From contig CAZEEW010000006.1 of assembly GCA_964511375.1 (NCBI GenBank), positions 279 through 64,278 of the forward strand: a stretch of DNA of 64,000 nucleotides, written 5' to 3'. The notes under the pieces are model-generated. The model saw nothing but the letters and a program-made list of their open reading frames with translations, had not been told where the DNA came from and searched no databases. This stretch comes from an uncultured Gammaproteobacteria bacterium. Its GTDB lineage: Bacteria; Patescibacteriota; Patescibacteriia; Magasanikbacterales; GWA2-37-8. Below are positions 31,012-40,314 of this stretch, piece after piece. A program made the position numbers and the translations under genes. How positions within the stretch are numbered: the stretch's first letter is position 1; each line of letters begins with the position of its first letter.

Positions 31012-32259
31012 TCACTCAAAGTATTGTACTAGATAGATAACACCAGCTTTATCATCAGAAATAAAGATTTTTTTGTCATCGCGAATAAGAATATCTACTG
31101 GCCGGCCAATTGAAGTTTCTTTATCTTTTCCTAACCAACCAATGATAAAGTCTTCTTCTGGTTCAATCGTATTATTATTGTCAGATGTTTTAAATTGAAC
31201 AATTTTGTAACCAATTGGTTCAGTCCTGTTCCAGGAACCATGATAAGCAACAAGTAAACTTCCCTTAAATTTATCTCCCCACGATTCTGGGAAAAAGGCT
31301 AAACCTAAGGGAGCAGCATGAGCAGGTAAATCAATTAACGAAGGGAGTTCAGTTGGTTCTTGGCAGGGATTGCGAATGTAGGTGTTTTTATCGAAGTCAG
31401 TGTCATGGATATTTTTACCGTAACAAATTGGCCAACCGTAATTACCGCCCTTTTTTACAATATTTATCTCATCAGGTGGCAAATCATCACCTAACAAATC
31501 ACGACCCATTTCTGTCACCCACACTTCCTTTGTGTTTGGGTTTTCTGCTAAAAAGACAGCGTTGCGTAGCCCTGTCGCATACGTAGTCGGGGTACGCTTT
31601 TCTGTTTCAAAAAATTGAATAGTTGCTCGGCGCTGATCTTTTTCGTTACAAACATTACAACTGGAACCGATAGACACTAAAAATCCATTGCGATATTTAA
31701 TAATCGATCGCGTTGTATGTCGCCCGCCAGTAGGTAAATCAATCATTTTTGTTTTGTTGGTGGCAGAGTAATCCCCAATATTATAATCAAATCTACTTAC
31801 CTGATTTTCCTCAGCAACATACAAATAACAATGGTTAACGTTGCAATCAAAAACTAATCCGTGTGGGTTGTTCAGATTTTTTACAATATCCACTATTTTA
31901 TCCGCCTTACTGCCACCGCTTTCTTCGGGTAGTGCAACTATTCGCCCTTGCTCCGGAATACTAACAATAACTGTACCCCGCGGATCTAGTTCAAGATCTC
32001 GAGGCGACTTTAAATTCTTAGCGAAAACACTTATCCTAAAGCCAGGCGGTGCGAGAAATGGATCGTTTTTAAATACCTGGTTATCTGCCGTGGCAGTTAA
32101 TGGATCACTATTTAAACTATCTAGTGCAGCCGTATCACCATCTCGAAAAACCGGCCCCACACCTCGTAGATTTGTATAATAAAACCAAGAGCCATAGATC
32201 ATTGCTGCTAAAAGAATAACCAGGCCGCTAATAATTATAAATCTTGTTTTAGAAATCAT
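31012..32259 (-). CDS. PQQ-dependent soluble sugar (glucose/sorbosone) dehydrogenase-like beta-propeller
   Basis: Motifs PHGLVFD and GGNYGWP typical of SGDH/YliI family; N-terminal TM anchor. Confidence 0.6.
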   Translation of the reverse strand: MISKTRFIIISGLVILLAAMIYGSWFYYTNLRGVGPVFRDGDTAALDSLNSDPLTATADNQVFKNDPFLAPPGFRISVFAKNLKSPRDLELDPRGTVIVSIPEQGRIVALPEESGGSKADKIVDIVKNLNNPHGLVFDCNVNHCYLYVAEENQVSRFDYNIGDYSATNKTKMIDLPTGGRHTTRSIIKYRNGFLVSIGSSCNVCNEKDQRRATIQFFETEKRTPTTYATGLRNAVFLAENPNTKEVWVTEMGRDLLGDDLPPDEINIVKKGGNYGWPICYGKNIHDTDFDKNTYIRNPCQEPTELPSLIDLPAHAAPLGLAFFPESWGDKFKGSLLVAYHGSWNRTEPIGYKIVQFKTSDNNNTIEPEEDFIIGWLGKDKETSIGRPVDILIRDDKKIFISDDKAGVIYLVQYFE

Positions 32260-32519
32260 AAGGCACCTTCCTCTTTAAGTAAAGTAAGCTTCTTTTCCTT
32301 TCCCCGGTTATACTCCCCGGTCTTTCCGCTCGACAAAATGACCCGGTGACAAGGTATGCTGGAATCGTAATTCTTTTTCAAAATATTACCAACTGCACGG
32401 CAAGCACGCGGGCTACCGGCTAAGTTAGCAACTTCAGCATAAGTTAAAACCTGGCCTTTTGGTATGTTGCGAATAATTTGCTTAACTCGCTCGGTAAAAT
32501 TCAACTTTACTTCTTGCAT
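32256..32519 (-). CDS. MGMT-family (O6-alkylguanine-DNA alkyltransferase C-terminal domain) small protein
   Basis: DNA-binding HTH and active-site PCHRV motif. Confidence 0.6.
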   Translation of the reverse strand: MQEVKLNFTERVKQIIRNIPKGQVLTYAEVANLAGSPRACRAVGNILKKNYDSSIPCHRVILSSGKTGEYNRGKEKKLTLLKEEGAL

Positions 32520-32825
32520 AGATTGGTATTATAACACAAAAACATCCCTAGCAAATCTAGAGATGTTTACGCACAAAGGTCTGCTACATGCCAGTTTGTT
32601 CTTCTGGTGGACTGCCACCAGGCCCTCCACTTTGTTCTTCCTCATTTTCATCATCAGAATCAGGCGGCATTGGGCGGTTATTATCATCGCCATCGGGGTA
32701 AAAGACCATATGATTATGGTTAAATTTATAAATGCTAGCTAGTGGTAGCTAGACATTCGTACCGTAACATGCGCTCAATCCCCTGTCAAATAATACTATA
32801 CTGTCCTAGTCTGATTAGTGTTCTA

Positions 32826-34589
32826 TTATGGACTAAATACGTCTACCGAGTTACTGCCAATTACTGCCCCACTCGAATCCTTTGCTATAAATGTCAGGCG
32901 GTATGGCCCTCGATCTTTCCAAGTCCAACCACTAACATCCACCCAGGCTTCTTTGTGTGGATAATCCTCATTACTGTTATACATCTGGTTTAATCGATCG
33001 CCATCGACTTGCCAATACATTTCATAATTGGAAATGCTGACACTCGGAATATCTGCTTTAAACGGTTGCGGACCTGATAAAGTTACATTCTTAGTTGGCC
33101 ACCAAATGTTGATTGACCCACTGGTTGGGGGCGGTGTCGTAGTTCCGCCTCCCCCACCTGAAGAAGCATTTTGAACGTTAATACTTTTAACGTTGTCCAT
33201 CCAAATATAGTTTACGGACCAATTATTGTTAAAGACGCCAGCCACAATCCGGTAGTCTCCGGGACTAGTGGGTGTCCAGGTGGGATTAAAAGTTTTACTT
33301 CCACCAACTGTAAACGACTGATTTTCGTAGAACTGCTGAAAAACCTTACCACCACTATTGTTATACACTTCGACGTCAACGATCGCCCCATTAACTGCCC
33401 CGGTATGATTGTTTTTAACTACGACATTCAATCCCACACCTTGGTCAACCGTCGCTGTAGTTGGTGCATTGCTAGTTATGTTAAAATTTGTCGCACTGGG
33501 ATTCCCTGTACCAGGGTCGCCCCCACTTCCACCCCCTCCTTGACCACTGCCACCAAACCATGTCCGCATTGTACCTTCGGCCGGTTTATTTTGTGGAGTA
33601 AAATCTGTATTACCATTACCCCCAGCATTAGGATCACTGATCCAGTCCCACAGATGCACTCCCTGCATGTATGATTGCCCGTCCCAATACGAAAACAGGG
33701 CTTCGTAAAGAGCAACTTGGTTATCTGGATCATAACCTCCGCCACCCCAGTAATTAAATGGCTCCCACTGCGCCCAGTCCATGCTGCGGTAACCAATTTC
33801 AGTAAAGAGTACTGGTTTGTTCCAGCGATTGTGAAGATTCTTTATGTCATTATTATTAATCTTGTCCCATTCGTTTTTGTACGCCTCAACGGACTTGTTT
33901 CCCGTTGGTAAGGGAAAATACGCGGAGATGCCAATGTAATCTAGACTTGGCCAAAATGTGATACGGTTTTTTTCATCAGTCCAACCCGGACCACCCCAGT
34001 TGGCACTATAAGTTAATTTGCCACCATATATTTGCCTGACCGAACTAATGAGGTTATTCCAGTTTTCGGTATTAGTCGAGTTTGCGTCATTCGCCGCCAT
34101 GTTAATTAGCTCAGCACCAATAGTAAATTCTTCCACTCCGTTATTTTTAGCAATTGCGGCGTAATGACGCACCTTGTCCCCGTACGACTTAAACCAAGCG
34201 TTACGATCCCCAGGGTTAATATTTGCACGCCATTGGCCATCATTGCTTTCCAAATGAAGCTTTAAATTTACTTGCATGCCTTGGTTGTGTATATATTGAA
34301 TCCCTGACGCCAATGAGGCATCAGTTGGTGTATTCCAATGATTGTAAACATTAGTAGCCCAAACATTGTCCTGAGCTAGAGGGATCACCATGGTGATGTA
34401 ATTGGCATTGGTGGCTTTAATTTTATCCACAACCTGCCTAAACCCATCACTATCATAGTCAGTGTTCCAACGTGGAACAACACTAACACCTTTTTGCCAG
34501 CTACCTATTGCAGCATTGGCTTGTTGGTGGACTGGTATGACCAAAACAGTTAGTGCCGCAGCTAGAATGAAGGATATAGCTTTTTTCAT
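32826..34589 (-). CDS. secreted modular glycoside hydrolase (GH5/GH26-like TIM-barrel) + Gly-rich linkers + two accessory beta-sandwich domains
   Basis: Signal peptide; catalytic-region pattern ...FTEIGYRS...; Gly/Ser/Thr/Pro linkers; C-terminal domain homologous to one in the adjacent GH6 protein. Confidence 0.6.
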   Translation of the reverse strand: MKKAISFILAAALTVLVIPVHQQANAAIGSWQKGVSVVPRWNTDYDSDGFRQVVDKIKATNANYITMVIPLAQDNVWATNVYNHWNTPTDASLASGIQYIHNQGMQVNLKLHLESNDGQWRANINPGDRNAWFKSYGDKVRHYAAIAKNNGVEEFTIGAELINMAANDANSTNTENWNNLISSVRQIYGGKLTYSANWGGPGWTDEKNRITFWPSLDYIGISAYFPLPTGNKSVEAYKNEWDKINNNDIKNLHNRWNKPVLFTEIGYRSMDWAQWEPFNYWGGGGYDPDNQVALYEALFSYWDGQSYMQGVHLWDWISDPNAGGNGNTDFTPQNKPAEGTMRTWFGGSGQGGGGSGGDPGTGNPSATNFNITSNAPTTATVDQGVGLNVVVKNNHTGAVNGAIVDVEVYNNSGGKVFQQFYENQSFTVGGSKTFNPTWTPTSPGDYRIVAGVFNNNWSVNYIWMDNVKSINVQNASSGGGGGTTTPPPTSGSINIWWPTKNVTLSGPQPFKADIPSVSISNYEMYWQVDGDRLNQMYNSNEDYPHKEAWVDVSGWTWKDRGPYRLTFIAKDSSGAVIGSNSVDVFSP

Positions 34590-34649
34590 ATAAATTAAGT
34601 TAGATATTTATTTATCTTGACACTCATGAAAATTCAATACAAGCACAAA

Positions 34650-34676
34650 GAACCCTACGCAGTAAAGTGTAGGGTT
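34650..34676 (-). terminator. hairpin AACCCTAC-loop-GTAGGGTT downstream of the GH6 gene
   Basis: 8-bp perfect stem; weak U-tract. Confidence 0.3.
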
Positions 34677-34790
34677 CGAGGTAAGCTATCTGCTATTTTA
34701 TTTTTACGTACACTGGAGCTAGTTTTTTCCGTGACTGGAATAGACCAACAAACCAATTAAATAGATATGACATATTAATATAGATTAGAA

Positions 34791-36479
34791 TTACCATGTT
34801 GCACGCTGGGCGAGCCCAAGAGCATAATCCGCCCACCATTCCCCAGCGTTCGGACCACCATTACAGTTACCATCGGATTCCCCAGGGGTCTTAATCCAGA
34901 GATACCCGTCGATAGCGCTGTTACCAGTACTTAAGCTTGGTTTATTACCCAAAGCGCGACCCGCTGGATTACACCACTCACCATTACCACCCAAACCATT
35001 TCGGGCAGTGTCAATCACGAAGTGTTTGTTGTTGATCAACCGAGACACTTCCTGACCGTAGGACGTATTTTGGCTGGTGGTATAAAAATTTGAAACATTC
35101 AAGGCAAAACCTTCAGCCCGGGCAATACCAGCTTGTGATAAGCGGTTAGCCATTTCACCAGAATTAATCCAACCTGGGTGACCAGCATCAATATATACCT
35201 TTACGCCTGGCTTTGCTTCTAGAGTTGAAACAGCGAAGTTTAAAAGCTCATAACGACGATCCTTATCTCCCTGAGATAAACAATCGGTAAGAGCAGTGGC
35301 ATCTGGTTCAAGAACAACGATCGCACTACGGCTACCAATGCCATTAGCCACACTGGTAATCCAAGATTTATACGCATCGCTACTGGTTGAACCACCAGCA
35401 GAGTAACCGCCACAGTCACGCTGTGGAATATTGTAAGCTACTAAGACTGGGGTTGCATTAGCGTTCGCAGCGGCATCCACGTAGTTTTTTACATCTTGGT
35501 AAATATTACTGTTCCAACCACCAAACCATCGGGCACTAGGTTGGTTACCGATCTTTAACATAAGCGCTGCATCAGCTGGACGACTGCTTTGCCAGTTTCT
35601 GGCTTGAGCTAAAGCTGGCGAATTGGGATTGACATACAGTCCTGATGTCGAAGGCTGAGCGGTGTCCGTAGTTTGCGTTTGAGCCGGCTGACTTGCAGTA
35701 GCAGCTGGCGCAGATTGTGTAGTGCTGCCAATGGTAACAGAAATACTTTTCTGTGATACTACTATCCCATTAACCTTAGCAACAAAATTAATCTTGTATG
35801 GGCCACTGCCTCGCCAATTCCACGAACCAACATTTACAGAAGTTTCTTTATGTGGTGAGTCATTGAAGTTATTTGGCATAACGTTTAATTGACCACCATC
35901 AACTTGCCAATACATTTCATAATTGGTAACACTTCTTCCATCTAGAACAGCTTTAAATGGTTGTGTACCACTTAAGACACTGTTATTGCTTGGCCACCAA
36001 ATACTAATATTGGCTGCAGTGGCTGTCGTAGTTTGGTTTGTACTTACTGTAGGAGCAGCTTGAACAGTTACTTCCTTCAAGTTTTCAAACCAGGCTAAAT
36101 TTGGATTCCAATATTCACCGAATATACCTAATTTAATTTTAAATTTACCAGTGTTAGTTGGTCGCCAGACAAAATCAAAGCTTTTTGTCTCGCCATTGGA
36201 AATATATTGGTTTTCTAAATATTTTTGCCAAACCCGTGTATTGTTTTCGTTATATATTTCCAGATCCACAACACCACGAGTTAAGGCGGAACCACTAACT
36301 GTCACACGAATAGTTGTGTCAGTATTAACAGTTAATGACGAAGGAATAGTTGTAGCGCTTGCAGTAAAGCCAGCGGCTTTTACCCGAGTAGCACTAGTGA
36401 ATAACGTTGTGAAAAGAACAGATATGACTAACAGTGCGTTAAAAACGCGTTTGGAGGACGATAGAGTTTTTGATTTCAT
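34791..36479 (-). CDS. secreted modular glycoside hydrolase family 6 (cellulase) with two N-terminal accessory domains
   Basis: GH6 signatures YNIPQRDCGG, VVLEPDA and WIKTPGESDG; signal peptide; N-terminal domains homologous to those of the 32826..34589 protein. Confidence 0.7.
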   Translation of the reverse strand: MKSKTLSSSKRVFNALLVISVLFTTLFTSATRVKAAGFTASATTIPSSLTVNTDTTIRVTVSGSALTRGVVDLEIYNENNTRVWQKYLENQYISNGETKSFDFVWRPTNTGKFKIKLGIFGEYWNPNLAWFENLKEVTVQAAPTVSTNQTTTATAANISIWWPSNNSVLSGTQPFKAVLDGRSVTNYEMYWQVDGGQLNVMPNNFNDSPHKETSVNVGSWNWRGSGPYKINFVAKVNGIVVSQKSISVTIGSTTQSAPAATASQPAQTQTTDTAQPSTSGLYVNPNSPALAQARNWQSSRPADAALMLKIGNQPSARWFGGWNSNIYQDVKNYVDAAANANATPVLVAYNIPQRDCGGYSAGGSTSSDAYKSWITSVANGIGSRSAIVVLEPDATALTDCLSQGDKDRRYELLNFAVSTLEAKPGVKVYIDAGHPGWINSGEMANRLSQAGIARAEGFALNVSNFYTTSQNTSYGQEVSRLINNKHFVIDTARNGLGGNGEWCNPAGRALGNKPSLSTGNSAIDGYLWIKTPGESDGNCNGGPNAGEWWADYALGLAQRATW

Positions 36480-36772
36480 GAAGAAATAATTTCTTTGCTC
36501 ATCTGAGAGGTCCGCGGATCACGCGCACGTCGAGCGAATTTCCCCGAGGGAGGGACGATTGTTTAATTTGCCCTGCCTTGTCTTTATCTCTCGTAAAGAC
36601 CAAATCGACGTTTTATAGTCCCCCGAGCTAATAGTTTTCTCCGGGTGGATATGCAAAACGTGTGCTCATTGTAGCAGAGAGGATTTTACCTACAAGCAAG
36701 GTGGAGAGGAAACAAGCTGTTTTTTACAGTTTATTTAGCCGAGAAATTATCCACAACCCTGGGATGAGATCA

Positions 36773-36826
36773 TTGACTTTAACCTTATAGTGTGGTACAA
36801 AGGACAGTTCAAAAACTGTTCTTTTT
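36773..36826 (+). promoter_or_regulatory. weak promoter-like TTGACT-17-TACAAA followed by small hairpin ACAGTT-CAAAA-AACTGT + T-run (possible attenuator/terminator) upstream of cassette 2
   Basis: Read directly; -10 is poor, function uncertain. Confidence 0.25.
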
Positions 36827-36841
36827 AAATTAATTTTGGCT

Positions 36842-36896
36842 AAGCTGACTTGCATAGTGGACATCTAACACAGGTGTTTAGTGTACCAGTCAGCTT
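36842..36896 (+). promoter_or_regulatory. 5'UTR inverted repeat AAGCTGACT ... AGTCAGCTT (9-bp stems, about 37-nt loop) upstream of cassette 2 ORF
   Basis: Read directly. Confidence 0.35.
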
Positions 36897-36954
36897 TGGA
36901 AAAACCACAGAACCAACCTGTGATGATTCAGGTTGAAGAAGCAGGGAGGCAACA

Positions 36955-37299
36955 ATGGGAGTGTTTCTCGTCCATCTGATCGTCCATCTCCTGGTCAGTG
37001 CTCTGATGGCGGGGGGAACCTACTTCTTCAGGGCACGACGGGCCCTGAAGAACGGGAAACACCTCAACGGGACGTTGACCGGAATGGTTAACGTCCTTAG
37101 CTGGACGCTGGCCCCAGTCTTCGCCAGCATAATTGTTCCGTATCCTGAAGAGCGGTCACTGAGACTGTGGTGGATCTCGGTGGCAGCCGCTTACCTGCTT
37201 AGTGCCGTTGCCATCTGGGTGAGTATTTTCCTCGCCCGGAGTTTGACTGGCTACGAACCACCGTATCCCACCGTGGAGGATGAATTGCCCACCGACTGA
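36955..37299 (+). CDS. small GC-rich membrane protein (114 aa, 3-4 TM), foreign-looking
   Basis: ORF track; RBS GGAGG 6-7 nt upstream; high GC3 codon usage unlike host; hydrophobic helices. Confidence 0.5.
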   Translation: MGVFLVHLIVHLLVSALMAGGTYFFRARRALKNGKHLNGTLTGMVNVLSWTLAPVFASIIVPYPEERSLRLWWISVAAAYLLSAVAIWVSIFLARSLTGYEPPYPTVEDELPTD

Positions 37300-37333
37300 G
37301 CAGACCGCACGTCTCATCCGAAGGGATCGCGCG

Positions 37334-37397
37334 CTCGTACATGGCTCGGTCTCTAGAGTAACTAAGTAATTAGTTCTTCTAGAGAGTTATGTACGAG
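37334..37397. repeat. 64-bp nested imperfect palindrome (CTCGTACAT...CTCTAGAG-T-AACTAA-GTAA-TTAGTT-CTTCTAGAGAG...ATGTACGAG) 3' of cassette 2 ORF
   Basis: Read directly; outer 9-bp arms perfect, inner arms perfect/near-perfect. Confidence 0.5.
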
Positions 37398-37404
37398 ATA
37401 AAAT

Positions 37405-37436
37405 AAAAATACCTACCTAAGTGGGGGGTATTTTTT
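37405..37436. terminator. intrinsic terminator AAAAATACC-13nt loop-GGTATTTTT + T-run, shared by cassette 2 (+) and tdk (-)
   Basis: 9-bp stem with flanking A/T runs on both strands between convergent genes. Confidence 0.45.
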
Positions 37437-37453
37437 AATAAATTTAAATACTG

Positions 37454-38047
37454 TTATTGTGTTGAAGTTGTCTCTACTGGTTGTGATCCGTAATGATCTT
37501 TTTTTACAAAACAATTCCTACACACTGCCATGTAAGTGTAAGTGCCATCATCTGGTAAAACTGAAGGGGCGTCAGTTAGAGGTGTGCCATTTGAAAGTAT
37601 TTGAGTGTGAGTGGCAGTGGGATTTTTGCACTGTTCACAGACGGCCCATTTGTATCTTACCTCCTTTGGTCCTAGTTCATATATCCTTTTTACCATCTCA
37701 AACATTAGGCCGCGCGAATCTAGATCTAACCCAGAAATAATTACCTTAACTCCCCTTTTTAACAGGTTATCTACTGCCGAGACCTCTTCGGGCGGAAACA
37801 TGTGCACCTCGTCAATTCCGATCACTTTGTAACTATCTAAAGGTATTTCCTTAAGACTTAAGATTTTTGTGGCTTCCAAACCACTACCATTCCGTGATAA
37901 CACCTTATCTTCACGCACATGTCGAGCACATTGGTATAACGCATGAGGGATATTCGTGTACTTCAAAGGTGCAAAGTGGCTAATTAGATCATATGACTTA
38001 CCACTTTTCATTGGACCTAAGATAAGAACAAGATCAATATTTTGCAT
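37454..38047 (-). CDS. tdk: thymidine kinase
   Basis: P-loop LGPMKSGKS and C-terminal Zn-ribbon CxxC...CxxC. Confidence 0.85.
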   Translation of the reverse strand: MQNIDLVLILGPMKSGKSYDLISHFAPLKYTNIPHALYQCARHVREDKVLSRNGSGLEATKILSLKEIPLDSYKVIGIDEVHMFPPEEVSAVDNLLKRGVKVIISGLDLDSRGLMFEMVKRIYELGPKEVRYKWAVCEQCKNPTATHTQILSNGTPLTDAPSVLPDDGTYTYMAVCRNCFVKKDHYGSQPVETTSTQ

Positions 38048-38059
38048 GGCTTTAATTAA

Positions 38060-38848
38060 TTAAAAACCAAATTCAATTCCCCCATAACGTTTAACAAGGT
38101 AGCTGCTGCGCTTATTATTCAAATAATCCATTTTTGGAACGCTTGGACCGACATATTCGTAAAGTGCTCGTGGCTCATTTAGATCTATGACCCAAAGAGT
38201 TGGTAAATAATTTGAGTCCAGTTCTGGTTTGTCGGTAGCGTTATATGCTATCTGGTAACCAAGAATTAATAACTTATTATTATCTATCCATACCACGTCG
38301 TCAAATCCACACGGAGTACCGCAAGTTAAAACTTGTTCGTAAGTATTACTGTCTAAATATGCAATAGAAACGCTAGAATCTACATCGAGTAGCGCCTTTA
38401 CTTTTCCACCACCTTTTACTAATTCCATACCAGCTAAGGCATCAGCCCAAAGTAAACCATTCGGTGATTTGGCGTACACACTTTTTTCACGTCGTACAGT
38501 ATCGTCTTCCACTGAAGCCGGGTAAGGAAATCTCTCATTCATCGTCATCTCGTTAACTTCTCGCAAAGTAAATTTGTCGAAAGTTAAGTAAGGAGTAATT
38601 TTATTCCACCAACCAAACCAATCTTGTTTTTCAGTCTTTAATTTTTCCTTTACCAACTTACTAATTTGATCGGCATTTTCAGTATTGTTCGCAGAAAGAG
38701 GTATACTATCCAGTAAATCGTTGAAGACACTATCATCTGTTTTCTTTGATGTATCTTTGAAGTAAAAATTGTATACCAGAAAACCAATTATAATAAACGC
38801 AATCAAATCAACCAGGATAAATAATCCCCATCTTAATTTTTTTTCCAT
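38060..38848 (-). CDS. hypothetical membrane-anchored protein
   Basis: N-terminal TM helix; no recognised motif. Confidence 0.4.
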   Translation of the reverse strand: MEKKLRWGLFILVDLIAFIIIGFLVYNFYFKDTSKKTDDSVFNDLLDSIPLSANNTENADQISKLVKEKLKTEKQDWFGWWNKITPYLTFDKFTLREVNEMTMNERFPYPASVEDDTVRREKSVYAKSPNGLLWADALAGMELVKGGGKVKALLDVDSSVSIAYLDSNTYEQVLTCGTPCGFDDVVWIDNNKLLILGYQIAYNATDKPELDSNYLPTLWVIDLNEPRALYEYVGPSVPKMDYLNNKRSSYLVKRYGGIEFGF

Positions 38849-38985
38849 ATAATTTTGTTAAAATTTTACAGCTATATGCTAACTCGACTCCGTCTATTCG
38901 TCAAGCGACGAAATACATAATTTTCCCTACAAGTAAAGAGGAAAACAAAAACACGAGCCGAAACTCATGTTTTAATATTTTATCT

Positions 38986-40302
38986 TTATCCAATCGCTCT
39001 TTCTGAGAGCAAGCCAACTGACATGCTAAGAATTGAAGCCGCACTCCAGGCTTGTTTTTTACATGCCAGCTGACCATTACGCGAACAATAATCAGCGTAA
39101 TTATCCCCATCAAAAACAAATAGTTCAATTGGTGTATCAAAATGCTGTATGGCACGAATGACCGCCTCTTTTACCCGCCTACCCTCTTGTACAAAACCTA
39201 AATCTTCTAGCCCGTCAGCGATTAAAGAATTATCGTGTGGCCAGATAGAACCATTATGATAACTATTTGGACTATAATTTTTTGACCGCTTACTAAGTGT
39301 CCGGATACCAGCCCGCGGTTCAAAAAGATCTGGTTGCATTAAACGATCCGCAATATTTTTAATATATTGGTTTTCAATAATACAATCCACTTCACTATCA
39401 CACTTAATATTTTTACTAGCCCAAAGACAATGACCCATCGAAGAACGAGGACTGATTAATGGTTTGCCCGTGCCGTCTATTGCATAGGCCAACTCGATAT
39501 TTTCCAACCCATCTTTTAAGACGAATTTTTCATTAAAGTTTTCTTTTAAATGATCAGCTCTAAGCTTCAAAAGATTCGCAAAATCTGGCCTCTCTTCTTT
39601 AAAGTAGTCGTCCCACAGCCGCAGCGCTAAGTAAGCATAAGCTTGGACTTCCACTGGGGCAATGGGATAAACTGGCACAGTGCCGTCTTCATGAAATATC
39701 GACTCTTCACTATCCATCCAGCTTTGGGTCTTGAGCCCGCCATGAGTGCGCTCGGGCGGAAACTTGTAATCAATAAACCCATCGTTATCACTGTCACCAA
39801 AGTTAAGCACCCAATTCAAAGCTGCTTCGATATTTGGCATAATTTGGAGAACGAACCCATCGTCTTTAGATGCTTGCAAATGCCGATAGATTGCAATCAG
39901 GAAAAGAGGTGTTGCATCAACTGTATCGTAATTTTTCATTGAACCATCGTCATAAACATACCATGGTCTCTCCAAATTTACTGTTAGTTGCTCATGGTTA
40001 TTAAGGCGGTATTCATGAATACATTTGCCCGGCTCCTCCCCACTCTCAATATTTACTACCTTCCCCTGCAGACTAGCTAAAGTAGTTAATACTTTTTTAG
40101 ATAGCACTAAGATATGTTCGGAATCACTGTTTGCATAAGGAACGGCCCGTAATAATTTGAGTATAGTAATAAGAGAATCCCGGCCAAAAATACACCCATA
40201 AATTTCTTCTTTGTGTGACGCTAAAATACCCTGCTCAGTCTCTAGTTCACGAATGGTTTTCCAGCCCAGGCCGACCAGATGGTCCAAATTAAACTCCTTC
40301 AT
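38986..40302 (-). CDS. six-hairpin (alpha/alpha)6 glycoside hydrolase, GDE_C/GH15-like
   Basis: Length and acidic-residue pattern (WMDSEE, DNDGFIDY) consistent with amylo-1,6-glucosidase/glucoamylase-like barrels; weak. Confidence 0.4.
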   Translation of the reverse strand: MKEFNLDHLVGLGWKTIRELETEQGILASHKEEIYGCIFGRDSLITILKLLRAVPYANSDSEHILVLSKKVLTTLASLQGKVVNIESGEEPGKCIHEYRLNNHEQLTVNLERPWYVYDDGSMKNYDTVDATPLFLIAIYRHLQASKDDGFVLQIMPNIEAALNWVLNFGDSDNDGFIDYKFPPERTHGGLKTQSWMDSEESIFHEDGTVPVYPIAPVEVQAYAYLALRLWDDYFKEERPDFANLLKLRADHLKENFNEKFVLKDGLENIELAYAIDGTGKPLISPRSSMGHCLWASKNIKCDSEVDCIIENQYIKNIADRLMQPDLFEPRAGIRTLSKRSKNYSPNSYHNGSIWPHDNSLIADGLEDLGFVQEGRRVKEAVIRAIQHFDTPIELFVFDGDNYADYCSRNGQLACKKQAWSAASILSMSVGLLSERAIG

Positions 40303-40314
40303 GTTAAACGAAAA

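Noticed and set aside
32587-32709. 41-codon acidic minus-strand ORF (MVFYPDGDDNNRPMPPDSDDENEEEQSGGPGGSPPEEQTGM) in the MGMT / GH intergenic region
   Set aside because: No ribosome-binding context. Low-complexity acidic sequence. Cannot be distinguished from chance without conservation data.
24550-36875. Shared 11-mer AGTGGACATCT in the leaders of cassettes 1 and 2 as a common operator
   Set aside because: In a 64-kb window hundreds of chance 11-mer coincidences are expected. The motif is not present in cassette 3, and GTGGACAT also occurs inside the repeat-protein gene. Treated as coincidence.
38901-39155. 84-aa minus-strand ORF overlapping the 3' end of the six-hairpin glycosidase gene
   Set aside because: Same strand, out of frame, fully nested. 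Spurious.
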